A stretch of 63,826 nucleotides of DNA, filler included, from Chiloscyllium plagiosum (Eukaryota): assembly GCF_004010195.1 (NCBI RefSeq). It is 5 parts of one record of this genome, joined end to end, with 100 filler letters (N's around TTAATTAATTAA, not from the genome) between each part and the next. Parts side by side here need not be neighbours in the genome. Positions count along the whole stretch, not along the records: positions 20,854 to 39,262 come from NC_057711.1; 4 more parts are not named here. One strand, written 5' to 3'. How positions within the stretch are numbered: the first letter of the stretch is position 1; each line of letters begins with the position of its first letter. Position numbers and translations under genes: made by a program. The notes under the pieces are model-generated. The model did no database searches. It was given only the letters and a program-made list of their open reading frames with translations, and had not been told where the DNA came from. Shown piece after piece: positions 26,447 to 39,362 of the stretch.

Positions 26447-27363
26447 AAATAATAGTCAGAACTCCACAAACCATTCAGCAACCAGTTGCCAGATGAAACT
26501 CACATGAGGTATACACAGCCCCTGGGGTTGGCCTATCTGCAAACAGCCTCACCAGTTGCTTGAACAAAGCAAGAATATATACATGAGTTATAGTGAGTTT
26601 TAGTAACTTGCTTTTTAAAAGTGCAGCTATTCCTTCATCAATCCATTGTTGTAAAACAGACCTTTTCCCAATTCAGTCCACAATTAAAAACATTTTAAAA
26701 AAAGTTTTTTTTGCATAAATGCAATTGAGAACTCAAGCCTACAAAAACAAATAATGTTAAATAGTCTACCTGAAGAAAAGGCAAAGGATTCCTTTGGCAA
26801 GGTCCTCTTTCGAATGATGCTGTTGAGCAGTGAATAACATTTATAGTTGATAATGTAGAAATGTTTTTGTGCTTGCTAATATTTCTTGCTTTAATTTGAC
26901 AGATCCAGTCTTCAATACTAACCTTCTGACATATGTTAGGTATGAATATTCAAGGCAAGTCCATGAAAATGTTTCGTTTGCCAAATTCTGTCTGTCAAAA
27001 TGAAGTCAGCACAGGGCTTAAGACATTGCAAAGAAGAGCCTTGACAGTGAAAACTTTTCATCACACAATAGGACTGAAATACAAGGAAACAACAATATAT
27101 TCATCAGGAGAAAAAGCTGCAGACTGTTTGGGCTATAATGGACCCAAATACAGCAGCAACTGTTCACTGTAAGTCTTAGTTAACTGATTAAATTGAAACC
27201 AGCAAAGTTAACTCTGATCATATTGTATTGCTACAGTCTTACCAGACCAAAGGGCTTCACCCTCATTAGAGAGAAATGACTGGTGGTGGTTTAACCTCAA
27301 GGCCACCAGACCACATACGAGGGAATAGATTGAGAAGGAGAGTCCTTCATGGTAACCTCAAAC

Positions 27364-27678
27364 GGGGCGGCACAGTGGCTCAGTGATTAGCACTGCTGCC
27401 TCACAGCGCCAGGGACCCGGCTTTGATTGCACCCTTGGTCGACTGTCTGTGTGGAGTTTGTACATCCTCCCCGTGTCTGTGCAGGTTTCCTCCAGGGTGC
27501 TCCGGTTTCTTCCCACAGTCCAAAGATTGCAAATCAGGTGAATTGGCCATGCTAAATTGCCCATAGTGTTAGGTGTATTAGTCAGAGGGAAGTGGGTTTG
27601 GATGGGTTGCTCTTTGGAGGGTCAGTGTGGACTTGTCGGGCCAAAGGGCCTGTTTCCACACTGTAGGGAATCTAATCT
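27364..27678 (+). mobile_element. HE1-like V-SINE, apparently inserted in an older minus-strand SINE (about 27240-27770)
   Basis: Full SINE; the flanks resemble 40740-40865. Confidence 0.88.
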
Positions 27679-28199
27679 TAAAAAGAAACACCATGATGGG
27701 AATTGAATCCAAGCTGTTGTTATCACACTGCTCTGTAAACCAATCATCCAACCAACTGAGCTAAACTGATTTCCAACTCCAATGAGTCATGGGGTTACCA
27801 CAGAATTGAACAGAGATTAGTTGCCTTCGTAAGGCTTTCCTCATTGAAACGGAAACAATGTATTGACATATTCCAAAGATCTAGCATCCAGAACATGCAA
27901 ATGAATCACTCTAAGCTCAGTTAATAATCTTAAATCATTTTCCAATATAGTTCTTAGCATTGTCAGGAATATTTAGTAAATGCTTTCCAATGGCAGAAGC
28001 ATATTGGAGTTCAGCCAGCATGGTCTGGTTGACCATGGTCAACATGGTGCCCAATGAGGTTAGTCAAAGGGACGTACTGTTTGATACAGTCTGCCTTCTT
28101 TGGGATATATAGCTTAGATACCTGACAAGACACTGGCACAAGAACACATGTATCACATTACTCCTTACCTTGGAAGGGGAAAGTGTCTTAAAGATTTGA

Positions 28200-28745
28200 G
28201 TAATCAGCTAAGAATAGCGGACAAAAGCCCATCCCTCCCTGATGCGCTCAATACATTTTACACTCATTTCAAACAGAAGGTCAATGAAACCTGCTCCAAT
28301 AGTCTTGGATGTACCTGTTTCCCCAGTCACCGCTGCAGACACTAGATCGCCCTTTTTGAGAGTGAACCCAAGGAAAGCGACTGACTCAGATGGAGTCCCT
28401 GTCCATGCACTCAGATCCTGCATGTACCAGCTGGCAGGAATATTCACAGACACCGTTAACCTCTCCTTACCACTATGTGAAGTCCAGCATCATTCAAGTG
28501 CCAAAGAAAAATCATGAAGTGTGCCTCAATAACTACCATCCAGTGGCTCTGACCTCCTTACTATGAAGTACTTTGAGTGGTTAGTCGTGGCTCACATCAA
28601 CTCTAGCCTCACAAACTGACTTGATCCTTTGTAATTTGCCTACTATTCCAACATGTCCATGGCAGATTCCATTTCCCTGACCATCCACTCATCCCTGGAA
28701 CATCATGGTTAACAAGGATACTTATGCTAGGCTCCTGTGTATTGA
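28200..28745 (+). mobile_element. Rex1/Babar-type LINE RT fragment, 5' part
   Basis: VNPRKATDSDGVP...QLAGIFTDTVNLSL and KDTYARLLCI. Confidence 0.85.
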
Positions 28746-31578
28746 ATTCCATATGCATTCCATCATTGAACTTTTCTTCTACTGCATCCGCCCCCTGCAG
28801 TTACCGCTGAACGTACTACTTCTGCCCCCGATGATGTTACTCACTGAAGTTCTGGCGACCATATCACCTCGGCAGCCACCACCAAGAATGCAGCCGCCGA
28901 AGACACCCCTTCCGCGAATGCCACCCGGAATGTCACTTCCGCCCCTGTGGGTGCCACTGAACATAGCACTTCCACCCCCATTCGCCGCCATTTATGTCAC
29001 TTCCTCTGGAGATGTCATCAACGATCACATGACTACCCCCACTTCAGAGACAGTCTCCACCTCCAATTCCCAACTACAGGTCCCAGCCCCCCACCCTGCT
29101 GGGTTTTTACCTTTCCCCCAGACCTCCCCATCACTGAGGATGAATGATCAGTTCTTAGTAAAGGTCTCACTTTCATCCCACTATGCTCCTGGGTCAATGA
29201 GTTCCATACATGTTGTGACAATGACCATTTCTTCCACTGCCTCCACCTCTGTATTTACTTTTCCAAGGACCTCAGAGGACACCTTCTCTCACCTCAAACA
29301 TACTCCATCCTCTTGGACACCCATTCTGGTCTGTTACCCGCTCTCGACTTCTTTATCTCCAACTTCTGCCCTGACATTGACAAACTTGACCTGTCCAACC
29401 GCCTCACCCACTCAACTTCTCACCCTCACAAAGCGCAGCTCTCCACTCCCTCTGCTCCAACCCTAGCCTCGCCATCAAACCAGCAGACAAGGGGGGGTGC
29501 ACTGGTAGTTTGGCCGAGCAACCTCTATACCGCTGACTCACAGTCACTTCCTCTTATCGTCCCCTTGACCACGACCTCACCTCCCATTACCAAACCATCA
29601 TCTCCCAGACTATCCACAACCTTAGCATCTCAGAGGATCTCCTACCCACAGCTTCCAACCTCATAGTCCAAGAACCCTGCACCGCCTGGTTCTACCTCCT
29701 ACCCTAGATTCACAAACCTGACTGCCCCAGCCAACCTATTGTCTCTGCCTGCTCCTGTCCCACTGAACGTATCTCCTCATGTCTCAACACCATCCTGTTC
29801 CCCCTTGGTCCAGTAACTTCCCACATATGTTCAGGACACTACCTATGCCCTCTACCTCCTCCATGACTTTCGATTCCCCTGCCTCTAATGCCTCATCTTC
29901 ACCATGGACATCCGCCATGGCAAAAGCCTCGAAGCCCTCAGCTTCTTCCTCTTCCACTGACCCAACCCGTACCTCTCCACTGGCACTCTCATTTGATTGG
30001 TGGAATTGGTCCTCACCCTCAATAACTTCTCCTTTGAATCCTCCCAATTCCTTCAGGCCAAAGGGGTAGCCATGGATGCCCAGCTATGCCTTCCTCTTCA
30101 TGGAATATGTGGAACAGTCCCCATCTTTTGCAACTACACTGGCACCATTCCCCACCTTTTCCTCTGCTACATTGATGATTGTATCGACGCCACTTTGTGC
30201 TCCCAAAAGGAGGTGGAACAGTTCATCAACTTCACAAACACCTTCCACTCTGAACTTAAGTTCACCTGGACCATCTCGGACACTTCCCTCTCCTTCCTGG
30301 ACCTCTCCATCTCCACCTCCGGTGACTGACTCAACATGGACATCTATTTCAAATCCACTGACTTCCACAGCTACCTGACTATACTTCCTCCCATCCCCTC
30401 TTCCTCCCTAGTAAACATGTTATCCCTTACTCCCAATTTCTCTGCCTTTGCCGTATCTGCTCCCAGGACGAGCAATCCCACTCCTGGACATCCCAAATAG
30501 CCTCCTATTTCAAGGATCACAATTTTCCCTCCCACATGATCAACAGTGCCCTCCAGCATATCTCCTCCAGTTCCCACACCTCCACCCTTCAACCCATCCC
30601 TCCAACCACAACCACAACAAAGATAGACACCCCTCCCCACCCCGATCATTATCTTCCACCCGACTAATATTCGGATACATCGCATCATCCTCTGGCATTT
30701 CTGCCATCTGTAATCAGACCCCACCACTAGAGACATATTTCGCTCCCCACCCCTATCGGCATTCCAGAGGGACCATTCCATCCATGACTCCCTCATCAGG
30801 TCCATGCCCCCCCCAACAACCTACCCTCCACTCTTGGCATCTTCCCTTGCCACTGCAAGAGGTGTAAAACCTGTACCCATCCAAGGCCCCAAAGAACCAT
30901 TTCACATCCAGCAGAGATTTTCCTACACATCCACCCACTTCATCTACTGTGTCCGTTGCTCTCGATGTGGTCTCCTCTAAATTGAAAGGACAGAACGGCA
31001 ACTCATGGAGTGATTCAGAGAACAGCTCTGGTTCATACACCCAACAACAGCCCCCCCCACCCCATGGCTGACCACTTCAACCCCCAGCCCCAACAACTCC
31101 CCCCCACCACAACCCTCCACCACTCCCCCTAGGACATGCAAGGCCCGGGCCATCTCCACCACCAAATCCAAGCTATCCGACATCTAGAGGCAGAATGCTT
31201 CATTTTCCACCTTGGGACCCTTCAACCACGTCATCAACATCAACTTCACTAGTTTCCAAATCTCCCTTCCCCCCACCTCATCCCAGATTCAATCATCCAA
31301 CTCAGCACTGCCTCGTGACTTGTCTTATCTGTCCATCTCCCTTCCCACCTATCCACTCCACCCTCCCCCACCGACTGATAACAATCACACCCCCGACCTG
31401 CATCTAACTATCTCCTTCCCAGCTACCTTCCCCCATGCCCCTCCCCATTCCTGATGAAGAGCTTATGCCCGAAACGTCGACTCCCCTGCCCCTCAAATGC
31501 TGCCTGACCTGCTGTGCTTTTCCAGCGCTTTTCCACTTTTTGACACTCACTCTCCAGCATCTGCAGTCCTCACTTTTT
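28746..31578 (+). mobile_element. Long PLE copy, family B (RT, GIY-YIG, pLTR), inactivated
   Basis: ELVLTLNNFSF...QAKGVAM...YIDD...LKFT...LSFLDL RT motifs; IYCVRCSRC endonuclease remnant near 30940; HHR at 31451; 14-bp TSD. Confidence 0.92.
31449..31480 (+). ncRNA. Minimal HHR motif, family B
   Basis: TC-CTGATGA-A-GAGC ttat GCCC-GAAA-CG-TC-GA, with one stem II mismatch. Confidence 0.7.
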
Positions 31579-31703
31579 CTCCTATGTATTGACTACAGCT
31601 CCACCTTCAACACCATAATTCCAACCAAACTAATCTGCAAACTCTGAGAGGTAGGTCTCTGTGCCACCCTCTGCAACAGGATTCTTGACTTGCTGACCCA
31701 CAG
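31579..31703 (+). mobile_element. Rex1/Babar-type LINE RT fragment, continuation
   Basis: LLCIDYSSTFNTIIPTKLICKL continues the frame broken at 28745. Confidence 0.85.
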
Positions 31704-31719
31704 CATAATACTTTTAACA

Positions 31720-32340
31720 TGGTTTGCATAGATTCATAAAAGGCATTGGATGCAGTATCTCACAACAGACTTGTGAGAAATGTTACTAGTTGGGACAAAA
31801 AAATATGTCTACAAAATGCAATATGGCTACAAAATTGGTTGAGTTATACGAAAGAGAGTAATGATTAATAGATATATTTTGGGCTGGAGAAAGGTTTGTA
31901 GTAGAGTTCCCCAGGGGTCAGTACTGGGATCCTTGCTTTTCCTGATATATGTCAATGATCTGGATCTTGGTGTGCAGGGGACAATTTCAAAGTTTGCAGA
32001 TGACACTAAATTTGGAAGAATTGTAAACTGAAAGGAGGAAAGCGTGGAACTCCAAAAGGAAATTAACAAGTTGGTGGAGTAAGCAGACAGGTGGCAGGTA
32101 AACTTCAACACAGAGAAGTGTGAGGTGTTGGACTTTAGTTGGACAAACACTGAAAGACAATTTATAATTAATGGGTACAGTTCTAAAGGGGAGCAGAGAG
32201 ATCTGGGTTTATATGCACTTAAGTCATTGAGAATGTGAAGAGAGCAGTTAATAATGTATATAGTGTCCATGGTTTTATTATTAGTGCCACAGAATACAGA
32301 GCAAGGAGGTGATGATGAACTTGTACAAGTTTGACCTCAA
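31720..32340 (+). mobile_element. Decayed CR1 RT fragment
   Basis: VPQGSVLGSLLFLIYVNDLD...KFADDTK remnant at about 31905-32010. Confidence 0.85.
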
Positions 32341-32949
32341 CAGCAAATAATGTTGAAAGACTGCAGCAGGAACACTTTATGTGCACAGATGGGCACCCAG
32401 CTCACGGATTGGACCAGGCTGTATCTCAAGGCTATTTGCTTGCTCTCCTAGTTCTCACTCACTAAAGACCTTCCTACATTCTCACAGATTCCTTGCCTTA
32501 CAATGCCAATTAGCACTGTCCCACTCACACCAGTCAACCCTAGTCCTACACCAGCATCTCCAAATCATGACTACCATTGACACCACTAACTGCCGGCTTA
32601 AAGTGGAGAGGATCTCCAAGACGATCGCACATATCAACCCAGAAATAAAGTTTCTACACCCCACTCACAACTGGCAGCTTGTCCTGCTACTTAACAGGCT
32701 TCTGTCAAGGAGTACAGTAATACACTATAGCAATATCATCCCTGTCCCGTGTGCCAGCGGCTTATGCAGCAAACATTCTGTACATTCAGCTAGCCAGCAG
32801 AGGAGGAGTAAAGCATGGATGGAAAAGGAGTCCTGCAGGAGATGGAAGTTGGGGAGGGGGGGGGGTGATGCAGGGTGATTCTTCCATGGCCAGCTGCATA
32901 GTGGTTGTAGTGAGGTGTTCAGCAGATTGTGGCCCCACCCTCTCAGCCT

Positions 32950-33258
32950 GATAGTCATAGTCATAGTCATAGAGATATACAGCATGGAAACAGACCCTTC
33001 AGTCCAACCCGTTCATGCCGACCAGATATCCCAACCCAATCTAATCCCACCTGCCAGAACCTGGCCCATATCCCTACAAACCCTTTCTGTTCATATACCC
33101 ATCCAAATGCCTCTTAAATATTGCAATTGTACCAACCTCCACCACTTCCTCTGGCAGCTCATTCCATACACTTACCACCCTCTGCGTGAAAAAGTTGCCC
33201 CTTAAGCAACTTTTTCACGCAGAGGGTGGTAAGTGTATGGAATGAGCTGCCAGAGGAA
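32950..33258 (-). mobile_element. 5'-truncated CR1 with a 53-bp inverted duplication at its 5' end
   Basis: (atagtc)n tail at 32951; arms 33146-33198 and 33206-33258 are exact reverse complements. Confidence 0.9.
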
Positions 33259-33883
33259 TGTTTCCACTGAGGTCTCCATATCTGAGCCGAAAGGATGCAG
33301 CCTTACTGATACTTTCTCTGAGATCTCTGTATTCTCACACATCAAAGATCAAGAACCTTGCTTCTGGAAGAGCCGGGGGTTTCACCTAAGTGGTGGGAGC
33401 TGTACTGGATATACCCATTGGTCAGCATGGCCAACAGTTAGAAGTGGTGTACGATGAATGACCACTGACAGTGGGGTTACTGTGAGAGTTGCAGTGGAAT
33501 GAAGGGTAGTACTTGCTGGGTTGGCAGGACATGAATGTCTCAGGATCCCCACAGAAGTGATTATGGTCTCCTCCTGCAGGATTCTCTCCTCACATCGGGT
33601 GAGGAGCCTAACATCTAGCACAACTTCACCCGTACAGGCTCTGTCTGCCCTGCTGGGGGTTGTCTTCATCTGTAATGTGAGGAAGAGAATTGAGTGAGAT
33701 GAAAGTGGGTGGCATTGCTGATATAGGTTGATGAGAGGTTTCAAAGTCTTTTTATGTAGAGACCATAAGAGGTAGAGCAGAAGTGTGTTTCTGTTCAGCT
33801 CATCATTCAGGCTGGTAGATGGGGTCTAACTCGATGTGTTTGTTGATAGAGTTCCGGTTGGAATGTCATGCTTCTAGGAATTC

Positions 33884-34063
33884 CTCCGGGTTTCCTCCGG
33901 GTACTCTGGTTTCCTCCCACAATCCAAAAATGTGCAGGTTAGGTGAATTGGCCATGCTAAATTGCCCATAGTGTTAGGTGTAGGGGAATGGGTCTGGATG
34001 GGTTGCACTTCGGCAGGTTGGTGTGGACTTGTTGGGCTGAAGGACCTGTTTCCACACTGTAAT
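33884..34063 (+). mobile_element. HE1-like V-SINE, 5'-truncated
   Basis: End of the V-domain plus tail. Confidence 0.85.
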
Positions 34064-34325
34064 CAAGTGGGCGGCACGGTGGCAAGTGGTGTCCTTCCTC
34101 ATCTGTATGTAAGGATACTAGTGAGAGAGAGCATGAGAATTTCTAGAAGGATGGCATTCCAACCAGAACTCAATCAACAAACACATTGAGTTAGACCTCA
34201 TCTACCACCCCCTCAGAAAAAAACACAGGAAGTGACTTCACAACCGGAAATGACATCACCAACCCAAAGAAACCCGAACACATAAATAGAAAGCAGGAGT
34301 TTATCAGCAGTGCTTCGCCTGACGC

Positions 34326-34365
34326 CCACTGAAGATGTTACCTAGTAGGGTGATGAAACGTCTGG
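34326..34365 (+). ncRNA. Minimal HHR motif, family C variant
   Basis: CCA-CTGAAGA-T-GTTACC tagtag GGTGAT-GAAA-CG-TC-TGG. Confidence 0.75.
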
Positions 34366-35384
34366 AAATGAACCTTCCTGCTCAGCGAGCAAACCTACAT
34401 CCATTATTGCCCTCTGGTTCTAGACTGGAGGTGAGACAGAGTGAGGGAAGATGCAGCAGATAATATTGAGAATGGCACAGCATAAGCCTTGGTGGGAGAT
34501 AGGTACAGTAGCAGCAGTACAGTGAGTGTGAGGTGGCAGAGATAAGGATATGGCACCTACCCTGGCTCAGCAGAGAGGATCTTATGGCAATTCTGGCCAT
34601 TCTTCCAGACCATCGAGACAACCTGGGTGGTGACCTCAGAACAAGCTGCCAGCATCTAGCGATGTGACTGCACTATCAATTCTCTCAGAAAAGGCCAGCT
34701 CTCCTCTGCACTCCTAAATCAGGGCCTACAGGTGCCATCTTCCCATTCACTGTCATATTTGGAATCTGTCCTTGGCTGACTAGAGCAGCTTTGGAATGCC
34801 AGTGCTCATCCCGAAGCACAGTGGCCTTCCATAGATGGCACAGATGACAGGGATATCCACGGAAAGGTGAGTTGTTCTGGGAATGGTTATTGAGGCCAGA
34901 ATCAGACATGATGGGTAGCACGGTTGGTAAATCATGTGATGTGTCAGCAAGGAAAGCTACCCGGCCTAGTGGCAGAAATTCCTTCAAAAACCTCCATGCA
35001 ACTCGAACTTAAACAAAGTACATATGATTTAGCCCAATGGATATTATTCCCCCATCATTCCAGTTGGTGATGGGAACAGGGAAACAGGATGGGGGGTAAT
35101 GTTGCGATTTTAGAAAAGAGCTTCAGCCAAGCACCTTAATTTGTGAATCAGAAATGGTGCTGCTTTTCCAGTAAAGGACTAAATGCAGAAGTGAACCTAA
35201 TGAATCAGAATTTAGTATGCCTTCCATCGGAATTTCTGCATCAACTTCTCTTTTTGTTTCTGTAACTAAGATATGCTTCTATTGTATTTCTGTATATAGT
35301 ATAACCAACCTTTACTGATCTGACCAAAGCAAATAATTTAGTTTAGAGAGAGGGAAAATGGCATGTTTTTCAACAGTTTTGGGC

Positions 35385-36180
35385 AGATCAGTGGCAGTTA
35401 GAATTTAACTATGGTAAGTGTTAAGGTGAGGTACTTCAGAAGAAACAAAACGACAAAGGATCATTCAATGAATAACAGGACTGCAGGAAGCTCAGAGGAA
35501 CAGCGGGATCTTGGAGTGCTTATTCACAGGTCTTTGAAGGTGGTAGAACAGGGTAATAATGTAGTTAACAGGCATATGGGACACTTGCCTTTATCAGTCG
35601 AGGCAGAGCATTTAATTGTGGAAAGATTATGTTGGAGCTCTACATGACTTTGGTTAGGCCACCGCTACAGTACTGTGCACAGTTCTGGCCACACACTACA
35701 GGAATGATGTGATTGCACTTGAGGAGACTCACCAAAATGTTGCCTGGGATGGAACACCTTAAATATGAAGAGAGACTAGATCAGCCCAACTTGTTTTCTT
35801 TGGAGCAGAGAATGATGTGGGGGATCCTGATAGAGGTGTGTATGATTACGAGGAGCATAGAAAGCAAATGTTGCTCTTAGTTGAAGGGTCAATATCAGGG
35901 GATATTTTTAAGGTGAAAGATAAGAGGCTTATAGAGGACTTGAGAAAACAAAAGTCGCCTATAGGATGGAAGAGATTTTAAATATGCTTCTTAGGAATTG
36001 AGGCAGGTAACCTCATAACCTTTAAAAAGTACTTGGATGATTACTTGAAATGTTATAATACTCAATGGTATGGGCCTAGTACTGGAAAGCGGACTAGAGC
36101 AGATTTATTGCACTTTTGTTATTACAGACTCAAAAGGCCAAAAGGCTTCTTTGTACTGTATGATTTTATGTTTCTATAAC
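35385..36180 (+). mobile_element. Decayed CR1 3' fragment
   Basis: EQRDLGVLIHRSLK and LVRPPLQYCAQFW remnants. Confidence 0.85.
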
Positions 36181-37354
36181 AAACTGTTGAAGACCTTGTG
36201 TGATGAGGTACAATACTGTGGAAGATAAATGAGAAGGTCAGTAAGGTTGAACAATAGGAATGAAATCAAGTAAAGAAAATATCATATCTCATGCAAAGCT
36301 TAATACTTTCTTGAGGAAACACCATGAAAATTGTAGCTACCAACAAAAATGGCCTCTCGTATCCCCCATGCCAATTCATAGGACTTCCATTTCTATTTGC
36401 TCGGTGTACAGTCTGTACAGAACCACTGTATCCTATGGCAACAATAACATATGCTAAAAAACTTAAAAACAGCCTTTCTTCAAAAGGTATAGTGCCTGCT
36501 GGCACTATAACTTAATAAAACTATCAATCAACCTAATCTTTAAAATGCTAGGAACAAAAATGATTGAACAAATATAAACACAATCACATATCATTAAATA
36601 TCGAACTATTGACAAAATAGATCATTATAAAAATGGCTGTAAACCTTGTTTCAACAAGCTCATGTAATTCTGACTTCTAAGCCAAGCTTAGATCTGCCCT
36701 CCTGCTAGGCTTGGCACGTTAGGTATGAGGGATCATTGGGAGTTGGTGGGGGACAATCGTGAATGGACACGGTAAGACCTTTTGCTGTTATCTTTCAGAA
36801 GTTCTCTTATCCAAACTATGGTGCACAACACTTCTGAGGGGCAATGAATCATGATTCTGTAAGAAGATGGCAAAACTCCCTGAAAAATTATCAGGGGTTC
36901 GGACATACCTACCCCATCAATTGAGTCAGTCAAGGCACGAGATCAGGATGCAGGCACTTTCCCAAACCAACAACAACTGGGGCTGCCACCTAAAGGGCAG
37001 GTATTCAGGAATTGGGCCCTGTCCAGCATTTGAAAAGGTTCACCAAGTCTTCTTGACTATGCTAGAATCCAGCCACAGACACTGAGGGAATTCCCTTTCT
37101 CCTTGAATAGTTTCACGCGATATTGTACATTAAGTTTAACTGACAGATTGGACCTCAGCTTTCACATCCTTTCTGAAACTCATCACTTCTGATTACATCC
37201 ATGCAGCTGGAACTGGCTTATGTCCGAGAATGAACTCAGCAAGATAACACCAACAACAACATGTATTTCTTTTAAGCCTTTAATGGTATTAGGAACCCAA
37301 GAGGATTACAGAATGCAAGGTGCAAGAAACCACTGAAGCAAGGAGACATTGAAT

Positions 37355-38260
37355 TGAGATCAGAGCAGAAGTAGTTCATTCAGACCATAGAGCCGACTCT
37401 ACCATTCAATGAGATCATGGTTGATCTAATAATCCTCAACTTCACTCTCCTGCTTTTTCCATGTAACCCTTGATTCACTTAGTGTTTAAAAATCTGTCCA
37501 TCCCAGCCTTGAATACACTTATTTCCCCAGCCATCAACAGTTCTCTGCAGTAAATAAAAAACTCACAACCCTCCGAGAAAAGAAATTCTTCCTCATCTCT
37601 GTCTTAAATGAGTGACCCCTTACTCTGAGATTATATCCTCTTGTGCTAGACTCTCTCAGAAGGGGAAGAAACCTTTCCAGATCTACCCTGTCAAGCCTCT
37701 CAAGAATCTTGTTTGTTTCAATAAGGTCACCTCTCATTCTTCTAAACTCCAATAATGTCAGGCCCTAATCTACTCACCATCTGCAGACAATTCTTCCAGA
37801 CCCAGGATCAAACTGGTCAACATTCTCAGGACTGCTTCCAAACCCATTTCTCATTCCTTGGAGAAGGAGACCAAAACTGTTCACACTATTCCAGCTGTGG
37901 TCTCACTAATGCCTTCCATCATTTAGACCAGAATTTCCTATTTTTATACTCCATTCCCTTTGAAATGAAAGGCAACATCCCATTTGCCATCCCTATTACT
38001 TGCTGAATTCATACAGTATCTTTGTGATTTATGGATGAGGACACTCAAATCCTTCTGTGCTGCAGCTTTCTACAATCTATCTCTATTTAAATAATATTCA
38101 GCTCCTTTGTTCTTCCTGCCAAAGTGTAATCCTCATATTTTCCCACATTAGATTCCATCTACCATGTTTTTGTCCACTTGCTTAAACTGTCAATATCCCT
38201 CTGCAGACTCTGTGTGTCATCCTCACCACTTGACTTCTCACCTATTTTTGTCTTATCATA
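37355..38260 (-). mobile_element. Decayed CR1 3' fragment
   Basis: FRRMRGDLIETNKIL...KNFFSRRVV. Confidence 0.87.
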
Positions 38261-38339
38261 AATAACTCTGAAGCCAAGCAATTATTAAGAAGTCACTGGT
38301 ATAGGACTTGAAACACCACTGAAAAAAATTGATTAAAAA

Positions 38340-38492
38340 AACCAAAAAACTGCCTATGCTGGAAATCAGAAAAAAAAACCAAATTGATGGAAAAACTCAG
38401 CAGATCTGGCAGTATCTTTGAGAGAAAGCAGAGTTAACGTTTCAGGTCTAGTGATCCTTCTTCAGAAAGGTTCTACAGAAGGTCTGAAGAAG
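38340..38492 (-). mobile_element. PLE-type terminal fragment, family D
   Basis: Same family as 53930-53995, 55400-55500 and 11079-11180; contains an HHR. Confidence 0.6.
38434..38467 (-). ncRNA. Minimal HHR motif, family D (GUU triplet)
   Basis: Minus strand reads TT-CTGAAGA-A-GGATC acta GACCT-GAAA-CG-TT-AA. Confidence 0.55.
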
Positions 38493-38936
38493 CAAAGGCA
38501 TTGAATTGTTTTGTGGTTTTATATTTAAGACTGTAACGGCCATCAATGCTACACAGCAATTACGGCCATTCCCCAGGCAGTCTCATTAGGAAAAGGCAAT
38601 GAAATCTTCCCAAATTATGCTGCAAAAAAAAAAAAATCCAGGTTTGGGGATGCTTCATTGTGGTAAGTTGAAGTCCTTGTGTGTTGTAGATACATTGCAA
38701 CTTTGACAATGTATAAAAAGAAACAAAATATGGAATTATTTAATTGTGAGTGTGAGATAGTGTTGTATACGAATCTGGAAGGATCGGAATGGATTAATAC
38801 ATGATTGTGTGCAATGAAACCACCCACTGTTATGATATCATGAAGACTTGGTACAAGAGTAAATTAGGCTCTCTTGCAAGACAGACCTAAGTCCTTTCTA
38901 ATAATCTTGTCATAATGCAGATTGTATTATAACCTG

Positions 38937-39005
38937 TAATGATGTGGAGGAGCTGGTGTTGAACTGGGGTGGACAAAATTGAAAATCACACAACACCAGA
39001 TTATA
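38937..39005 (-). mobile_element. Family A terminal fragment interrupted by a family B PLE
   Basis: actggggtggacaaaattgaaaatcacacaacaccag matches 44420-44457. Confidence 0.7.
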
Positions 39006-39262
39006 GGAGAAAGTGAGGACTGCAGATGCTGGAGATCAGAGCTTAAAAATGTGTTGCTGGAAAAGCACAGCAGGTCAAACAGCATCAAAGGAACAGGAGA
39101 ATCGATGTTTCGGGCATAAGCCCTTCTTCAGGAATGAGGAGGGTGTGCCAGGCAGGCTAAGATAAAAGGTAGGGAGGAGGGACTTGGGGGAGGAGCGTTG
39201 GGAATACGATAGGTGGACGGAGGTTAAGGTGAGGGTGATAGGCCGGAGACGGGGTGGGGGGG
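39006..39262 (-). mobile_element. PLE family B 3' end
   Basis: Reverse complement of the 31380-31582 terminus; runs into the gap. Confidence 0.85.
39102..39133 (-). ncRNA. Minimal HHR motif, family B, CpG-decayed stem III
   Basis: Minus strand reads TC-CTGAAGA-A-GGGC ttat GCCC-GAAA-CA-TC-GA. Confidence 0.6.
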
Positions 39263-39362
39263 NNNNNNNNNNNNNNNNNNNNNNNNNNNNNNNNNNNNNN
39301 NNNNNNTTAATTAATTAANNNNNNNNNNNNNNNNNNNNNNNNNNNNNNNNNNNNNNNNNNNN
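39263..39362. other. Assembly spacer
   Basis: N44-TTAATTAATTAA-N44. Confidence 0.98.

Larger units (their letters stand above)
33813..34402. mobile_element. Rearranged family C PLE terminus (inverted plus direct segments) containing SINE pieces
   Basis: 33813-33883 and 34084-34131 match 21690-21858 in reverse; 34132-34402 matches 21782-22066 forward. Confidence 0.8.

Noticed and set aside
28705..29466. 253-aa proline-rich ORF
   Set aside because: Spans the Rex1/PLE junction and reflects C-rich PLE sequence.
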